41,811 nt of DNA. Origin: a virus. Its lineage: Duplodnaviria > Caudoviricetes. The stretch spans positions 1-41,811 of the IMG/VR virus record IMGVR_UViG_3300037882_001702, one strand, 5' to 3'. The notes under the pieces are model-generated. The model searched no databases. It had not been told where the DNA came from and saw nothing but the letters and a program-made list of their open reading frames with translations. Within the stretch, counting starts at the first letter, position 1; each line of letters opens with the position of its first letter. Positions 26,782-37,265 of this stretch are shown piece by piece. The translations under genes and the position numbers were made by a program.

Positions 26782-29700
26782 CTTATAATTTGGCATGGCT
26801 TAATAACCAGACCGCCTTGCGCTGCATATTGGCTGAAGTAACGGCAAATGTGAGCGGAACAGAAACAACTTTTTATTTGTCGTCAAAAGGCTATGTATCA
26901 AGGTCGGGAGACACCCCAGCCAACACCGTTTATTTCCCAGCGATTGCCGGAGGCGTTAATGTTGTCGAAGAAATCACACTCGATGGCACCGCCTCGATGG
27001 CCTACGGTGATCTTGAACTCTATAACGTAGCCGGTGAGCGTGACGGCTGGCTTGATTACGTGTGGTCTAATCGCTCAATCAAAGTTTACATAGGCGATTT
27101 AAGTTGGCCACGTGCTGACTTCCAGCTTATTTTTGACGGCGTTATAGCGGACATTGACAGTAAAAGCCGGGATCGAGTCAATTTAAAAATAAGAGACAAA
27201 CTGGAGCGACTTAATTCGCCGGTTAGTGATGTAAAGCTGGGCGGGACGACACCTAATGCCGACAACGTTTTGCCGTTAATATTTGGCGAAGTATTTAACG
27301 TTACGCCATTGCTGACTAACCCGGCGACGCTTGAATATCAAGTGCATAGCGGGCGCATTGCTGGCATTATCGAAGTGCGTGACAATGGCGTACCGATAAC
27401 ATCTTATACGCCATCACTTGAGACCGGAAAGTTTAACTTGACAGCAGCACCAGCGGGGGTAATTACTGTCAGCGCGCAGGGTTATGCAACAACTAATATT
27501 GGCGCTGAATATTTTAATACTGTTGCTGAACTCATACAAATAATCGCTTTGAATTACGGCAAAGCATCAACACGCTTTTTAAGTGCAGACCTTGATTTGT
27601 CAAATTTAGTGGCTTTTGAAGGTGCAAATAAACAGCCCGTTGGAGTTTATATTAATGCCCGTGAAAATGTCATTAATGTCATTCAGCAAATGGCCGCAAG
27701 TGTTGGCGCTGTTGCTGTTATGTCGCGTTTGGGGAAATTACAGTTATTAAAGATTACCTTCCCGCCTACGGGAACGCCCACGGCAATAACAAATGCCGAC
27801 ATAGTTCAGGACAGCTTAAGAATTATTTCTCGAGTTAATGTAACATCATCCGTTAAATTGGGCTATTGCAAAAACTGGACAACGCAAACCGGCTTGCAAA
27901 CTGGCATACCTGAAGCGCACAAAGATTTACTCAGTAACGAGTTTTTGACGATAACACGCACAAATAATCTCGTGTCAACGCTCTACAAATTAGACGCGGA
28001 GCCTATCCAGCGCGACACCCTATTGCTTGCCACAGCTGACGCCAGCGCTGAAGCAGATCGGCATATGGACATTTTTAAAACCCCGCGTACTGTCTTTGGT
28101 TTTGAGCTGTTTAGTCAAGGCTTGTTTTTAAACCTGGGCGATGCCGTCACTTTAACGCATCCACGGTTTAATTTATCAGCCGGTAAAACGGGAACGGTTA
28201 TAAAACTACAACCAGATTGGATGACCTCGCGGGTTTATGTTGAGGCTATTTTTGAAACATTGCCGCCTATTATTGACCTGATTGCGCCTACCGCCCCAGG
28301 GACATTAACAGCAACAGCGATCAGTTCAACACAGATTGATTTGGCATGGGGAGCGGCAACAGACGCGGCTGGCGTGACTGAGTACAACATTTACTTAGGC
28401 GGCGTGTTAATTAACGTTATCGGCAATGTCTTAACTTACTCGGCTATCGATTTAACCCCTGCAACATCTTACAGCTTTACAGTGAAAGCCGTGGATGCCG
28501 CCGGCAACATTGGCAGCGTGTCAAACACGGCAACGACATCAACTCTTGCCCTTGCCGATACGACAGCGCCCACCGCGCCATCGAGTTTAACGGCAACCAC
28601 CACATCATCATCTACAATCGCCTTGGCGTGGACGGCTGGGACTGATGCGGTAGGGGTTACAGGCAACCAAATAATCAGAAACGGATCGGTTATTGACACC
28701 ATCGGAGCGGTTACGGCTTATGACGCAACCGGGCTTGCAGCGGCTACTTTGTATAATTTCCAGGTAAAAGCTTTTGATGCCGCAGGGAATTTAAGCGCAG
28801 TGTCTAATACTTCAACCGCAACGACATCAAGCGGATCAACTACTCAAACCGTATCGAATACCGGCGCTATCACCATCGGGCCGAACGCGCAGGCCGGGGT
28901 TCCCTATCCTTCTGAGATTACGATAGCGGATATGGTTGGGACGATCACTAATATAACCGCGCAATTAATTAATTTTAGTCATACTTACACATCAGACGTT
29001 GAAATAGTTCTACAGTCTCCTGATGCAACAAAATTTGTGATGTTGATGGGTGATGTGGGGGCAGCAACAGCGACATCCGGGGTAACGCTTACTTTTTCTA
29101 TGGCGGCAGGGTCGTCATTACCCGGAACGGCATTATCAACTGGAACTTATTTGCCCACAAATATTGCTTATGGGTCGGCAGATACCAGCTTACCAGCGCC
29201 AGCGCCCGCGATGCCGTACTCGATTGATCTTGCCACATTCAATGGCATATCACCAAACGGCGTGTGGAAGCTGTTTGTTTATGACGATGGCGCAGCGGAT
29301 AGCGGCAGTATTGCCGGAGGTTGGAGCATAACAGTAACGTCAGCCGCGTCGGGCGGGGCAGACTCCACCGCGCCGACCGCACCATCAAGTCTTGTGGCAA
29401 CGGCTTTAGGCGCTGCGAGTATCGGGCTGACATGGACGGCATCAACAGATGCCGTGGGGGTTACAGGCTATAAAATTATTCGTGATGGCGTGCAGGTAAG
29501 TACATCACTAACTAACTCTTACACTGATTCCGGGTTATCACCCAGCACGAACTACGCATACACAGTACGCGGCTATGACGCGGCAAATAATACCAGCGGC
29601 GATAGCAACACGGCGTCAGCGACAACATCAACGGTATCTGGCATATACGTATCAACGGCAGGTAATGACACCACGGGGACAGGGACGCTTACTTTACCCT

Positions 29701-32315
29701 ATCGCACGATTCAGAAAGGCATTTCAGTGGCTTATGCTGGCGATACCGTTTATATTCGCGGCGGTGTTTACCCGATAACGACTCACATTGTCCCTATCCG
29801 GAGTGGAACTAGCAATAATAGAATTAATATCTTTGGTTATCCGGGCGAACGGCCAATTATCGATGGGATGGCGCAAACGACATCAGTAGACGGCATACGG
29901 GTATCCGGCTTTGACTGGCTGCACTTTAAGAACCTAAGCATACAAAATTGCTACAATGGCGGGCTGCGGGTTATTGGCTCGTCAAGTGATAATATTTTTG
30001 AGAATCTCGACATAGGATTTACAGGAAGAAGCGGCGCTGTTGGGGTTGAAGCGACAGGTGTGATCGTGTGGAACTCAGCAGCGCGCAACCAATTTATCAA
30101 TATTGATTCTCATCATAACCGTGGCACCGTTGCCGGTGATACTGACGGGTTTAGCTTTGGCTCTACAGGACTCGGAAATACAGTTACAGGATGCCGCAGT
30201 TACTACAACTCGGATGATGGGTATGATTCCTTTGACTCACAAGACAATTTATCTTCAGCGCCGGTGGTTTTTACTAATTGCTATGCTTGGCGTAATGGTT
30301 ACTCAGTAAATGACGCCGCCGTGCCAAGTGGTAATGGTAACGGCTTTAAGATGGGTGGGCGTAGAACGAATACGTCTGGTAATTCGGGCGGGAATACTTA
30401 TAAAAACTGTGTGGCTTTTCAGAATTTGGTGTCTGGTTATTCAGAGAATGAAGCGAACCTGCCCTGCTATATTTACAATTGCACTGGCCATAATAACACC
30501 GCGTATAATTTCGCATTTTGGGGCACTCCACCGGCCAATTTGTCTGGTACTGTGGCTCATGTTTTAAAAAACAATTTGGCTCATACGGGGGCTAATAATG
30601 CAACTAATGTTAGCGCCACTTTTAATAGCTGGAACTTAGCGGTTACTGTCTCTAATGCTGATTTTGTCAGTGTCGATTCAATAACAGCAAAGGGCGCGAG
30701 AGATGTTAATGGTAACTTGCCAAACTCGACCTATCTTAAACTTGTATCAGGTAGTGATCTTATAGATAAAGGTACGCCAATAACAGGCATTACCTACACC
30801 GGCGCATCTCCAGACCTAGGCGCGTATGAAGGCGTAAACGCAACCCCAACGCCAGTCACTTACACAGGTAAAGTTGTTATTGTCGGCGATTCAACGGCTG
30901 AATATGTAAGTACAACAGACAGGCAAGGTTGGGGTACACCTTTAATAACTAAACTGGCTGCGAGAGCAACAGTAACCAATGCCTCAGTGGGGGGAACGTC
31001 GGCTAAAGAATGGCTTGCTCACACAGGTGGGGTAAACTGGACAACAACTTTAGCGACCGTCAATTCTGGCGATTACGTATTCATTAGTTTAGGTCATAAC
31101 GATGAGGGTGATAGCACATCGGACGAGTATAAAGCGAACATAACTACAATGGTTATCGACGTTAAAGCTAAAAGCGCGACTCCAATTATTGTTACCTCTT
31201 TAACACGGCGTTATTTTAGCGGCGGCAAAATATACGACAATCATCCATTTGTGCCACGGTTGTATGAAATAGCCGGAGAGCAGAATGTAAAAATCATTCA
31301 GCTTTATGAATTGAGTAAGTCTTATTGCCAAACATTGGGCGATGCGGGATCAACTGCACTCTATTACACAGCTGATAATACCCACCCAAATAATTCAGGC
31401 GCTGGTATCTTTGCTGATTTAATCGTTGCAGAAATTAACCGCTTAGCTTTATATGGTCTTAGCACAGAATACGGTACTACGTCATCTGACGTAACCAACC
31501 CGACCGCTCCAACGCTAACCAGCGCCACCGCAACCTCGTCTAGCCAAGTCAATTTAGTGTGGACACAGGGCACTGATGCCGTAGGCGTTACGCAAAATCA
31601 AATCCTTGTTGATGGCGCGGTAACGAATACGATTACCGCGGCAACAAGCTATAGCAAAACCGGCTTAACCGCCGGGACTGCTTATAATTTTGCTGTTAAA
31701 GCACTGGACGCGGCTGCAAATGCTAGCCCCAGCAGCAACACGTTAAGCGCAACCACACAATCAGCGTCCGGCGTACTATCGATTACTAAAACCGATGGTA
31801 ATGCCTCCAACGGGAATTTAGCGACATTAGGGGTTGATGACTGGTACAAATATTCAATCGGTAACGGCAACACGGCGAACACAAGGAAATCAGGCGGGAC
31901 AATTATTGCAACTCATACCGTGTTAGATGGCACAACGGTACAATCTTGGGGCGCGGCGCAGTCGTTTCAATGGTCTTCTGGAACTCCAACGGCTAGCGGA
32001 TCAAATATTTTTGCGGCATTGTATTACCGCGTGCTTAATGCAGGTTGGCAGGTGAAATGCGTCTCGACTACAACTCAGAAAGTCGCATCCGTTTATGTGT
32101 CTCAACTTAACGGCGCTTGCCGTGTTGAGGCAAGCCTTGAAGATAGCAGCGCCAGTCCGGTATCGTTGGACTTTAGCGCGACAACAGAGACGGGTACACG
32201 GTTTGACATTACATTCAAGTCGGGGGTAACATCGAATCTCGTTATAAAGGTATATGCCCTTTCTCAATCGGGCGGCACGGTCGGAACCTCTTTACATGCA
32301 ATCTGTATAAACTAA
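26778..32315 (+). CDS. Tail tip/hub protein fused to FN3 repeats, a P-domain, a beta-helix lyase and an SGNH esterase
   Basis: About 490-aa tail domain; four D..APTAP..L FN3 units; HTYTSD...NGVWKL.V.D; YVSTAGND...GNGNGFKMGG...PDLGAYE; GDS...GHND...DNTHP. Confidence 0.85.
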   Translation: MTYNLAWLNNQTALRCILAEVTANVSGTETTFYLSSKGYVSRSGDTPANTVYFPAIAGGVNVVEEITLDGTASMAYGDLELYNVAGERDGWLDYVWSNRSIKVYIGDLSWPRADFQLIFDGVIADIDSKSRDRVNLKIRDKLERLNSPVSDVKLGGTTPNADNVLPLIFGEVFNVTPLLTNPATLEYQVHSGRIAGIIEVRDNGVPITSYTPSLETGKFNLTAAPAGVITVSAQGYATTNIGAEYFNTVAELIQIIALNYGKASTRFLSADLDLSNLVAFEGANKQPVGVYINARENVINVIQQMAASVGAVAVMSRLGKLQLLKITFPPTGTPTAITNADIVQDSLRIISRVNVTSSVKLGYCKNWTTQTGLQTGIPEAHKDLLSNEFLTITRTNNLVSTLYKLDAEPIQRDTLLLATADASAEADRHMDIFKTPRTVFGFELFSQGLFLNLGDAVTLTHPRFNLSAGKTGTVIKLQPDWMTSRVYVEAIFETLPPIIDLIAPTAPGTLTATAISSTQIDLAWGAATDAAGVTEYNIYLGGVLINVIGNVLTYSAIDLTPATSYSFTVKAVDAAGNIGSVSNTATTSTLALADTTAPTAPSSLTATTTSSSTIALAWTAGTDAVGVTGNQIIRNGSVIDTIGAVTAYDATGLAAATLYNFQVKAFDAAGNLSAVSNTSTATTSSGSTTQTVSNTGAITIGPNAQAGVPYPSEITIADMVGTITNITAQLINFSHTYTSDVEIVLQSPDATKFVMLMGDVGAATATSGVTLTFSMAAGSSLPGTALSTGTYLPTNIAYGSADTSLPAPAPAMPYSIDLATFNGISPNGVWKLFVYDDGAADSGSIAGGWSITVTSAASGGADSTAPTAPSSLVATALGAASIGLTWTASTDAVGVTGYKIIRDGVQVSTSLTNSYTDSGLSPSTNYAYTVRGYDAANNTSGDSNTASATTSTVSGIYVSTAGNDTTGTGTLTLPYRTIQKGISVAYAGDTVYIRGGVYPITTHIVPIRSGTSNNRINIFGYPGERPIIDGMAQTTSVDGIRVSGFDWLHFKNLSIQNCYNGGLRVIGSSSDNIFENLDIGFTGRSGAVGVEATGVIVWNSAARNQFINIDSHHNRGTVAGDTDGFSFGSTGLGNTVTGCRSYYNSDDGYDSFDSQDNLSSAPVVFTNCYAWRNGYSVNDAAVPSGNGNGFKMGGRRTNTSGNSGGNTYKNCVAFQNLVSGYSENEANLPCYIYNCTGHNNTAYNFAFWGTPPANLSGTVAHVLKNNLAHTGANNATNVSATFNSWNLAVTVSNADFVSVDSITAKGARDVNGNLPNSTYLKLVSGSDLIDKGTPITGITYTGASPDLGAYEGVNATPTPVTYTGKVVIVGDSTAEYVSTTDRQGWGTPLITKLAARATVTNASVGGTSAKEWLAHTGGVNWTTTLATVNSGDYVFISLGHNDEGDSTSDEYKANITTMVIDVKAKSATPIIVTSLTRRYFSGGKIYDNHPFVPRLYEIAGEQNVKIIQLYELSKSYCQTLGDAGSTALYYTADNTHPNNSGAGIFADLIVAEINRLALYGLSTEYGTTSSDVTNPTAPTLTSATATSSSQVNLVWTQGTDAVGVTQNQILVDGAVTNTITAATSYSKTGLTAGTAYNFAVKALDAAANASPSSNTLSATTQSASGVLSITKTDGNASNGNLATLGVDDWYKYSIGNGNTANTRKSGGTIIATHTVLDGTTVQSWGAAQSFQWSSGTPTASGSNIFAALYYRVLNAGWQVKCVSTTTQKVASVYVSQLNGACRVEASLEDSSASPVSLDFSATTETGTRFDITFKSGVTSNLVIKVYALSQSGGTVGTSLHAICIN

Positions 32316-32317
32316 TC

Positions 32318-33424
32318 ATGGCAGCCATCAAAAACGCGATTGATAATATTTTACAAGCGGCAAACCCTCGCATTGTTCAAAGCGTATTGCCGCCTAATAT
32401 CATCGTTGGCAGTGGAAATATAGGCGCAGGGACAGGAAAAAACCTGTTACCTAATGCCGGGTTTTATTTGGGGTTTGATAAGTGGAGTTATACACCTGGA
32501 TTTTCGCTTAATTTACCATCGTGGAGTCTATCCGCTATTCAATCAACGGCTTGGTTCGGTGGGAATTTTAGCGCTGGGACAGGTGATGCTTATCTTTATA
32601 TCGATGGCGCACAGCGTATTCCGGTAATAGCCGGGCAAACGATAGAAGTATCAGCTTATACTGGTGCGCATAGATGCTCCGTTGCCGTGGTTGCCGATTT
32701 TTATGACCAATCAGGCAATAATATAGGGCAAGGGCAGCAATTAGCAGGGGACAAAATAAATACAGGTGATTATGAAGGAGGGGCTGCACTAATTGGATAT
32801 AAGAGATGCTATAGCTTTCAGAAAGCGCCAGCTGGCGCTGTATCAGCCCGTTTTATATTTCAAAAATTAGCGACTAATTCCGGGCAGCCAAGTTCATACG
32901 CTTTTATAACACTGCCGTTTTTAGGTATTGCCGGAGCTAATCAAGCCGAATTATCGCCTTGGTCTGATGGCATTGGTGGACAAACCACGATTATTTCGCC
33001 ATCAAATTATTTAAGTTACATGGCGCAAGGTGCTGTATCAGGGATGGCGTATGCTAATACTTATGGCGGGACACAATCAACAATAAATACATATTTATCT
33101 TTTAATTCAGATGCACAAAATGTGTTGCTTCATCTAAGCATAACTTTAACGACTAAAGTTTCAGATTCAAATGGAGGCCGCTGCAATGTATACTACAACT
33201 TATATATAAATGGCTCATTATATCGCACCAGGAATATGGTACATTTGCCAAATATGACAACTGCTTTTGCTGCTATGGTTAATGCAACTGCAATAGTGTA
33301 TGTTCCTGCCCCCCCAGCTGGAACGGTAGAATATAGAGCTGAATTTGTCCCATTTTTTGATGGCAATGGCACGGGCGGTAAAATTGAGAATGGCTCGATA
33401 GAGATAATAGGGCTTAAAAGATGA
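32318..33424 (+). CDS. Tail fibre/host-specificity protein
   Basis: GKNLLPNAGF carbohydrate-binding-like module; position. Confidence 0.65.
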   Translation: MAAIKNAIDNILQAANPRIVQSVLPPNIIVGSGNIGAGTGKNLLPNAGFYLGFDKWSYTPGFSLNLPSWSLSAIQSTAWFGGNFSAGTGDAYLYIDGAQRIPVIAGQTIEVSAYTGAHRCSVAVVADFYDQSGNNIGQGQQLAGDKINTGDYEGGAALIGYKRCYSFQKAPAGAVSARFIFQKLATNSGQPSSYAFITLPFLGIAGANQAELSPWSDGIGGQTTIISPSNYLSYMAQGAVSGMAYANTYGGTQSTINTYLSFNSDAQNVLLHLSITLTTKVSDSNGGRCNVYYNLYINGSLYRTRNMVHLPNMTTAFAAMVNATAIVYVPAPPAGTVEYRAEFVPFFDGNGTGGKIENGSIEIIGLKR

Positions 33425-34044
33425 AAAATTTCACTGTTTACGACCCGTTGACCGGAGAGGTGATAAGAAGCGGATGTTGTTTAGAAAATGATTTTGAACA
33501 TCAAGCACACGAAGGTGAAGGGATAATAGAAGGGCAGCATAATATTAATGCTGTTTATATTGATTTTGTGGGGCCAAACAAGGATTTATTACCAGTCTCG
33601 AAAGGCGAGCAGCCTAGTAACAATTACGTTTGGGATCCACAAGCTCGCGCGTGGGTTGGTGATATTCAAGCCGCGAGAACGCGGATAAAACTGGAAATTG
33701 AAAAATTAAGAACGCAAAAAGACAATGCAATCATTATTTATGACAATAAAAATATTGATGCTGACCAAGCATCAAAAGACGCAGTTATGAAAAAACTTGC
33801 TGAGTTACAAGCAAGAGACGCCGCATCGCAGCCAGAATCGGCTTACGTGTGGCGAGATGCCGATAATGTCACGCACACTTTTTTAACATTGATCGGATAT
33901 AAGCTTTGGTTAAATCGGCTGTTGGTTGCTCTATCTGCACGGACAACCGCATTGCGTGTTGCAGCCTGGGCACATAAAGACGCGATCACAGCGCTTAATA
34001 CAGTGCCAGCGATAGAAAGTTACGATTACACGGCAGGTTGGTAA
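33421..34044 (+). CDS. Tail fibre assembly-like protein (DUF4376-like C-terminus)
   Basis: YDPLTGEV...DADQAS...WRDADN...W. Confidence 0.65.
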   Translation: MKNFTVYDPLTGEVIRSGCCLENDFEHQAHEGEGIIEGQHNINAVYIDFVGPNKDLLPVSKGEQPSNNYVWDPQARAWVGDIQAARTRIKLEIEKLRTQKDNAIIIYDNKNIDADQASKDAVMKKLAELQARDAASQPESAYVWRDADNVTHTFLTLIGYKLWLNRLLVALSARTTALRVAAWAHKDAITALNTVPAIESYDYTAGW

Positions 34045-34890
34045 ATGGCAAATTTAAGAATTATCCATCGCAACGAATTAGCTCAAAATCTGACGCTAAC
34101 GGCTAGCACGACAGCGGGGACATTGGCGGCTGCTAACTTGCTGACTGATATTAAAAGCCAAGTCTGGCGGTCAACAGCAACCAGCGCACAATTGACTGTA
34201 ACCTGGTCAAACTTGCGTACAATAAAAGCGGTTATTCTTGCTCATACCAACTTAACCAACGCGGCCACCATGCGCGTGCGTGGGTATACTCTCACTACAG
34301 ACACTCCAGGCGTGGCAACAGCCGTATTCGATACCACCGCTTTAACATGCTGCGCGGTGACATCAGCAACAGCAATGGGGTGGGACTTAAATGTGCCAGG
34401 CGTGGCTAATTTTAGCTATGGCGGCGGGGTTTACGCTGGGTTATTCTTTACCGGCGGCTCGGTGAGAAAGCTTTATATTGAGTTGGTAGATTCAGGCAAT
34501 GCGGCTGGATATGTGGAAGCGGCCAGGCTGATAACCGGAGACTACTGGGAACCAACATATAATGCAGATTTTGGCTTGAAACTTGGCTACAAGGATGACA
34601 GCGTACACACGCGCACCGATTCAGGTGACTTGATAACTGATATTAAGCCAAGAGCAAAAATGCTCACTTTTGACTATGGAGATTTAATACCGGCAGATCG
34701 GGAGGTTTTAATGCGCATTTTAAGATCAAATGGCCTTCCTTCCCCCATTTTTATCAGTGTATTCCCTGGAGATACCGATAAAAATAAGGAACAGGATTAC
34801 CAGATTTACGGAAAATTAGATCAACTTTCGGATATAACGCTTGCCCGGTTTTCTTCTTATACAGCAAGCGTTACAGTTAATGAAGTTTAA
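34045..34890 (+). CDS. Tail structural protein
   Basis: AANLLTDIKSQVWRS...YVEAARLITG.YWEP.YN. Confidence 0.7.
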   Translation: MANLRIIHRNELAQNLTLTASTTAGTLAAANLLTDIKSQVWRSTATSAQLTVTWSNLRTIKAVILAHTNLTNAATMRVRGYTLTTDTPGVATAVFDTTALTCCAVTSATAMGWDLNVPGVANFSYGGGVYAGLFFTGGSVRKLYIELVDSGNAAGYVEAARLITGDYWEPTYNADFGLKLGYKDDSVHTRTDSGDLITDIKPRAKMLTFDYGDLIPADREVLMRILRSNGLPSPIFISVFPGDTDKNKEQDYQIYGKLDQLSDITLARFSSYTASVTVNEV

Positions 34891-35228
34891 CGCCGCATCC
34901 CGTTTTCGATCCTAAGCCACATCAAATTATTGTTAGTCCTTCTGGTATTTTCATCAATAGCTTGAATTAGCGCATCATTAGCGTACTTTCCAGTACCGTT
35001 TGCCATGTCACTAATGTTTTGTCTAGCTTCCTTATATTCCGCTTCCATTGCATATTCTACTTGCTCTTTTTGCAGCGCATTGCACTCGCCACCAAAATAT
35101 TTAAGGCAATCATCGCTAACTTTTTGTTCGTGCGTGCGGTTATCGACAACGGGGTTAAATTCGTAAGGTTTTAGCGCCTGGCACCCAGTAATCAATAAAG
35201 ACAGCGCAATAATAATTATCGTTTTCAT
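34887..35228 (-). CDS. Lipoprotein
   Basis: MKTIIIIALSLLITGC lipobox; GAGGAG SD. Confidence 0.75.
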   Translation of the reverse strand: MKTIIIIALSLLITGCQALKPYEFNPVVDNRTHEQKVSDDCLKYFGGECNALQKEQVEYAMEAEYKEARQNISDMANGTGKYANDALIQAIDENTRRTNNNLMWLRIENGMRR

Positions 35229-35244
35229 AGCCGCTCCTCAGTAT

Positions 35245-35739
35245 TTAAAGTCTCTCGAGATCGGAAATAATTTCATCAAAAATTACTTTGATGTCATCAC
35301 TCATAAGCGCGCCAAGCCTAAGCAACGTGCTGATTTTTTGCTCTTTACGCTCAATAACAACAGTCTTTTTGTTTTTTGCCTCAGCAATTGCAGCCCGGAT
35401 TACGTCAAACGCAATTTCAATATTGTTATTTTCTTCTTTTTGTCGACCTGGCGCATTTGCCAACACTGCGGAATTATCAACAATAACCGTATTATTTTGT
35501 TCATTTCCCATAAGTTCTTCCACTCCTTTGCCAGTTATTTTGTGGACTTTAGTTTTACCCGCATCAGATGTTGTAAGCAGCCCTCTCCCGCGAGCTGTGT
35601 AAATAATCTTACTCAATGCCGACGGGTCAGGTATTTGAGACCCTGATGTTTCACACGCCGCTTTAAACAAAAAAGCGGTCGTAGACATCGGGAATTCTTT
35701 TAAGAGCGTTAAAAGCTCAATTTTTTGATCGTGTGTCAT
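35245..35739 (-). CDS. Winged-helix-like protein
   Basis: LSKIIYTARGRGLL...HKITGKG. Confidence 0.55.
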   Translation of the reverse strand: MTHDQKIELLTLLKEFPMSTTAFLFKAACETSGSQIPDPSALSKIIYTARGRGLLTTSDAGKTKVHKITGKGVEELMGNEQNNTVIVDNSAVLANAPGRQKEENNNIEIAFDVIRAAIAEAKNKKTVVIERKEQKISTLLRLGALMSDDIKVIFDEIISDLERL

Positions 35740-35740
35740 T

Positions 35741-35917
35741 TTATTTCCTGTTGTTCCATGATTCCTAGATTAGCACTTCAATTATTTCGCGCTGGGCAAA
35801 AATATTATAATTTGGAGTAGGGCCAAACGCGAAACAGCTGTTACATACAACATAACTTTCCCCTATCCCTATTCTTAAATCATTTTAGCCGCAAAATGGG
35901 CACGGTTTATTTTCCAT
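35741..35917 (-). pseudogene. Lar (restriction alleviation) family gene with two in-frame stops
   Basis: MENKPCPFCG*NDL...VVCNSCFAFGP...LI*ESWNNRK; TAA at 35885-35887, TAG at 35765-35767. Confidence 0.75.
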
Positions 35918-35918
35918 T

Positions 35919-36125
35919 TTAATCCCCAATAAAATATTTAATTTTTGCGTCTATTTTATCCCAAGTTCCATCATATTCAGCCTCACTTCCCCATCTATTA
36001 GCCATGTTTGAAGACAAGTCAGATGCCCGTCGATGATGATGTGAGGTGCTTTCAACTCGGGATCGCTCATTCTCTATCGCTATTTGATAGACGATTATTG
36101 CGATCCTCTTTTCTTTTTCGTTCAT
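35919..36125 (-). CDS. Hypothetical protein
   Basis: AGGAG SD; packed with neighbours. Confidence 0.6.
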   Translation of the reverse strand: MNEKEKRIAIIVYQIAIENERSRVESTSHHHRRASDLSSNMANRWGSEAEYDGTWDKIDAKIKYFIGD

Positions 36126-36321
36126 AGTGTTACTCCTGAATTGTTAGTTGTTTTGGTGCCAATTGATTTTTTGGTGTTATGTAAATCCCCCACCATTCGC
36201 ATATTATGCAGTCATGAAATCATCGGCCTGACTGCATATACACAAATCAACTCCCTCAAGGCTGGCACCTGTACCCTTATCACACATACCACGGAGTTCT
36301 AGGGGAATGGCCGGTTAGTTT

Positions 36322-36465
36322 TTACATGCAAAATCCGACAAACGAAATGCTTATGACAGCTGCTACAAAAACAAACGCGATAGCTAATAATGTCATTTTT
36401 ATGTGCTCTTTAAAAAAGCATTTTTCGTCATAATCGATTTTTACATCTTCAGTTTCGTAATACAT
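36322..36465 (-). CDS. Small membrane protein, 47 aa; absent from the ORF track
   Basis: GGGGA SD; MYYETEDV...LLAIAFVFVAAVISISFVGFCM. Confidence 0.55.
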   Translation of the reverse strand: MYYETEDVKIDYDEKCFFKEHIKMTLLAIAFVFVAAVISISFVGFCM

Positions 36466-36481
36466 TTTTATCCCCTTATTT

Positions 36482-36787
36482 TTATTTAAGAATTTTTATT
36501 GCGTTTTGTTTTGCTTGCCATTCAATCGCAGAATTAACAATCTGATTAAATGGAGTGTGCCTGTTTTCAAATTTGCAATTTAAGTACGCTTTAACCATAT
36601 CGTAAAGTAGATCGGATGCCTCGCCTTCTGAAAATTCATCACTTTTAAAATAATCTAAAAGTGCAACGAAGCAGTCGGCAGGCTCGTTTCTTAGTAATCC
36701 TTCTTGGAAGTCTGCTTCATAGTCCAACTTTTCGGCTTCTTGAGACTGGTATTCATCTTGATATGGCTCATCTATGTATGCGCTCAT
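36482..36787 (-). CDS. Hypothetical acidic protein
   Basis: 101-aa ORF in the early arm. Confidence 0.6.
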   Translation of the reverse strand: MSAYIDEPYQDEYQSQEAEKLDYEADFQEGLLRNEPADCFVALLDYFKSDEFSEGEASDLLYDMVKAYLNCKFENRHTPFNQIVNSAIEWQAKQNAIKILK

Positions 36788-36814
36788 TTTTTTATCTTTA
36801 TGTAGTTAAAAAAG

Positions 36815-37195
36815 TTAAACAGCTTCGATATATATTTCAATATCGAATCCATCACCATATTTTCCCAATTGCACCGCAGACGATGAGCACGGCACAGCTT
36901 GCCAACTGTCCCCGGGGAACAGGGCCGCAATCTCTTTGGCCTTGGCTACAGCTCTTTCATTAATAGCGGGGGCATTATAGCTGTCCCACCCTTTTTGCAA
37001 TTTTAAAAGATCGTCTAACCTGTCATTCAACTCATAACTGCGCCTTTCAATCACCGCTCCGGCAAGTAATAATCTAAAACGAAGCGGGCGTTTTTTGTGC
37101 CAGTTTATAATATTTTGTTCTGACTCTCCGCTAATTCGCACCAACTCGGCAAGACTTTTCAGCCCTGCCGCTTTGCATTGCTGACTTGGTGTCAT
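36815..37195 (-). CDS. HTH-like N-terminus fused to a second small domain
   Basis: GLKSLAELVRISGES...NW followed by L.KGWDSYNAPAI. Confidence 0.6.
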   Translation of the reverse strand: MTPSQQCKAAGLKSLAELVRISGESEQNIINWHKKRPLRFRLLLAGAVIERRSYELNDRLDDLLKLQKGWDSYNAPAINERAVAKAKEIAALFPGDSWQAVPCSSSAVQLGKYGDGFDIEIYIEAV

Positions 37196-37265
37196 ACGTC
37201 TAACCCACGATTCCTAAGCCTTAAAACTTCATTGTATAAAGATTGTTGCCATTATATTGATTATG

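Noticed and set aside
28270-31760. Recurring ACCGCGCC / GATGCCGTAGG-like DNA motifs as mobile repeats
   Set aside because: Explained by paralogous FN3 domains in the tail protein.
37198-37230. Additional attC starting GTCTAAC-CCACG-ATTCC
   Set aside because: No matching L'/R' arm found downstream.
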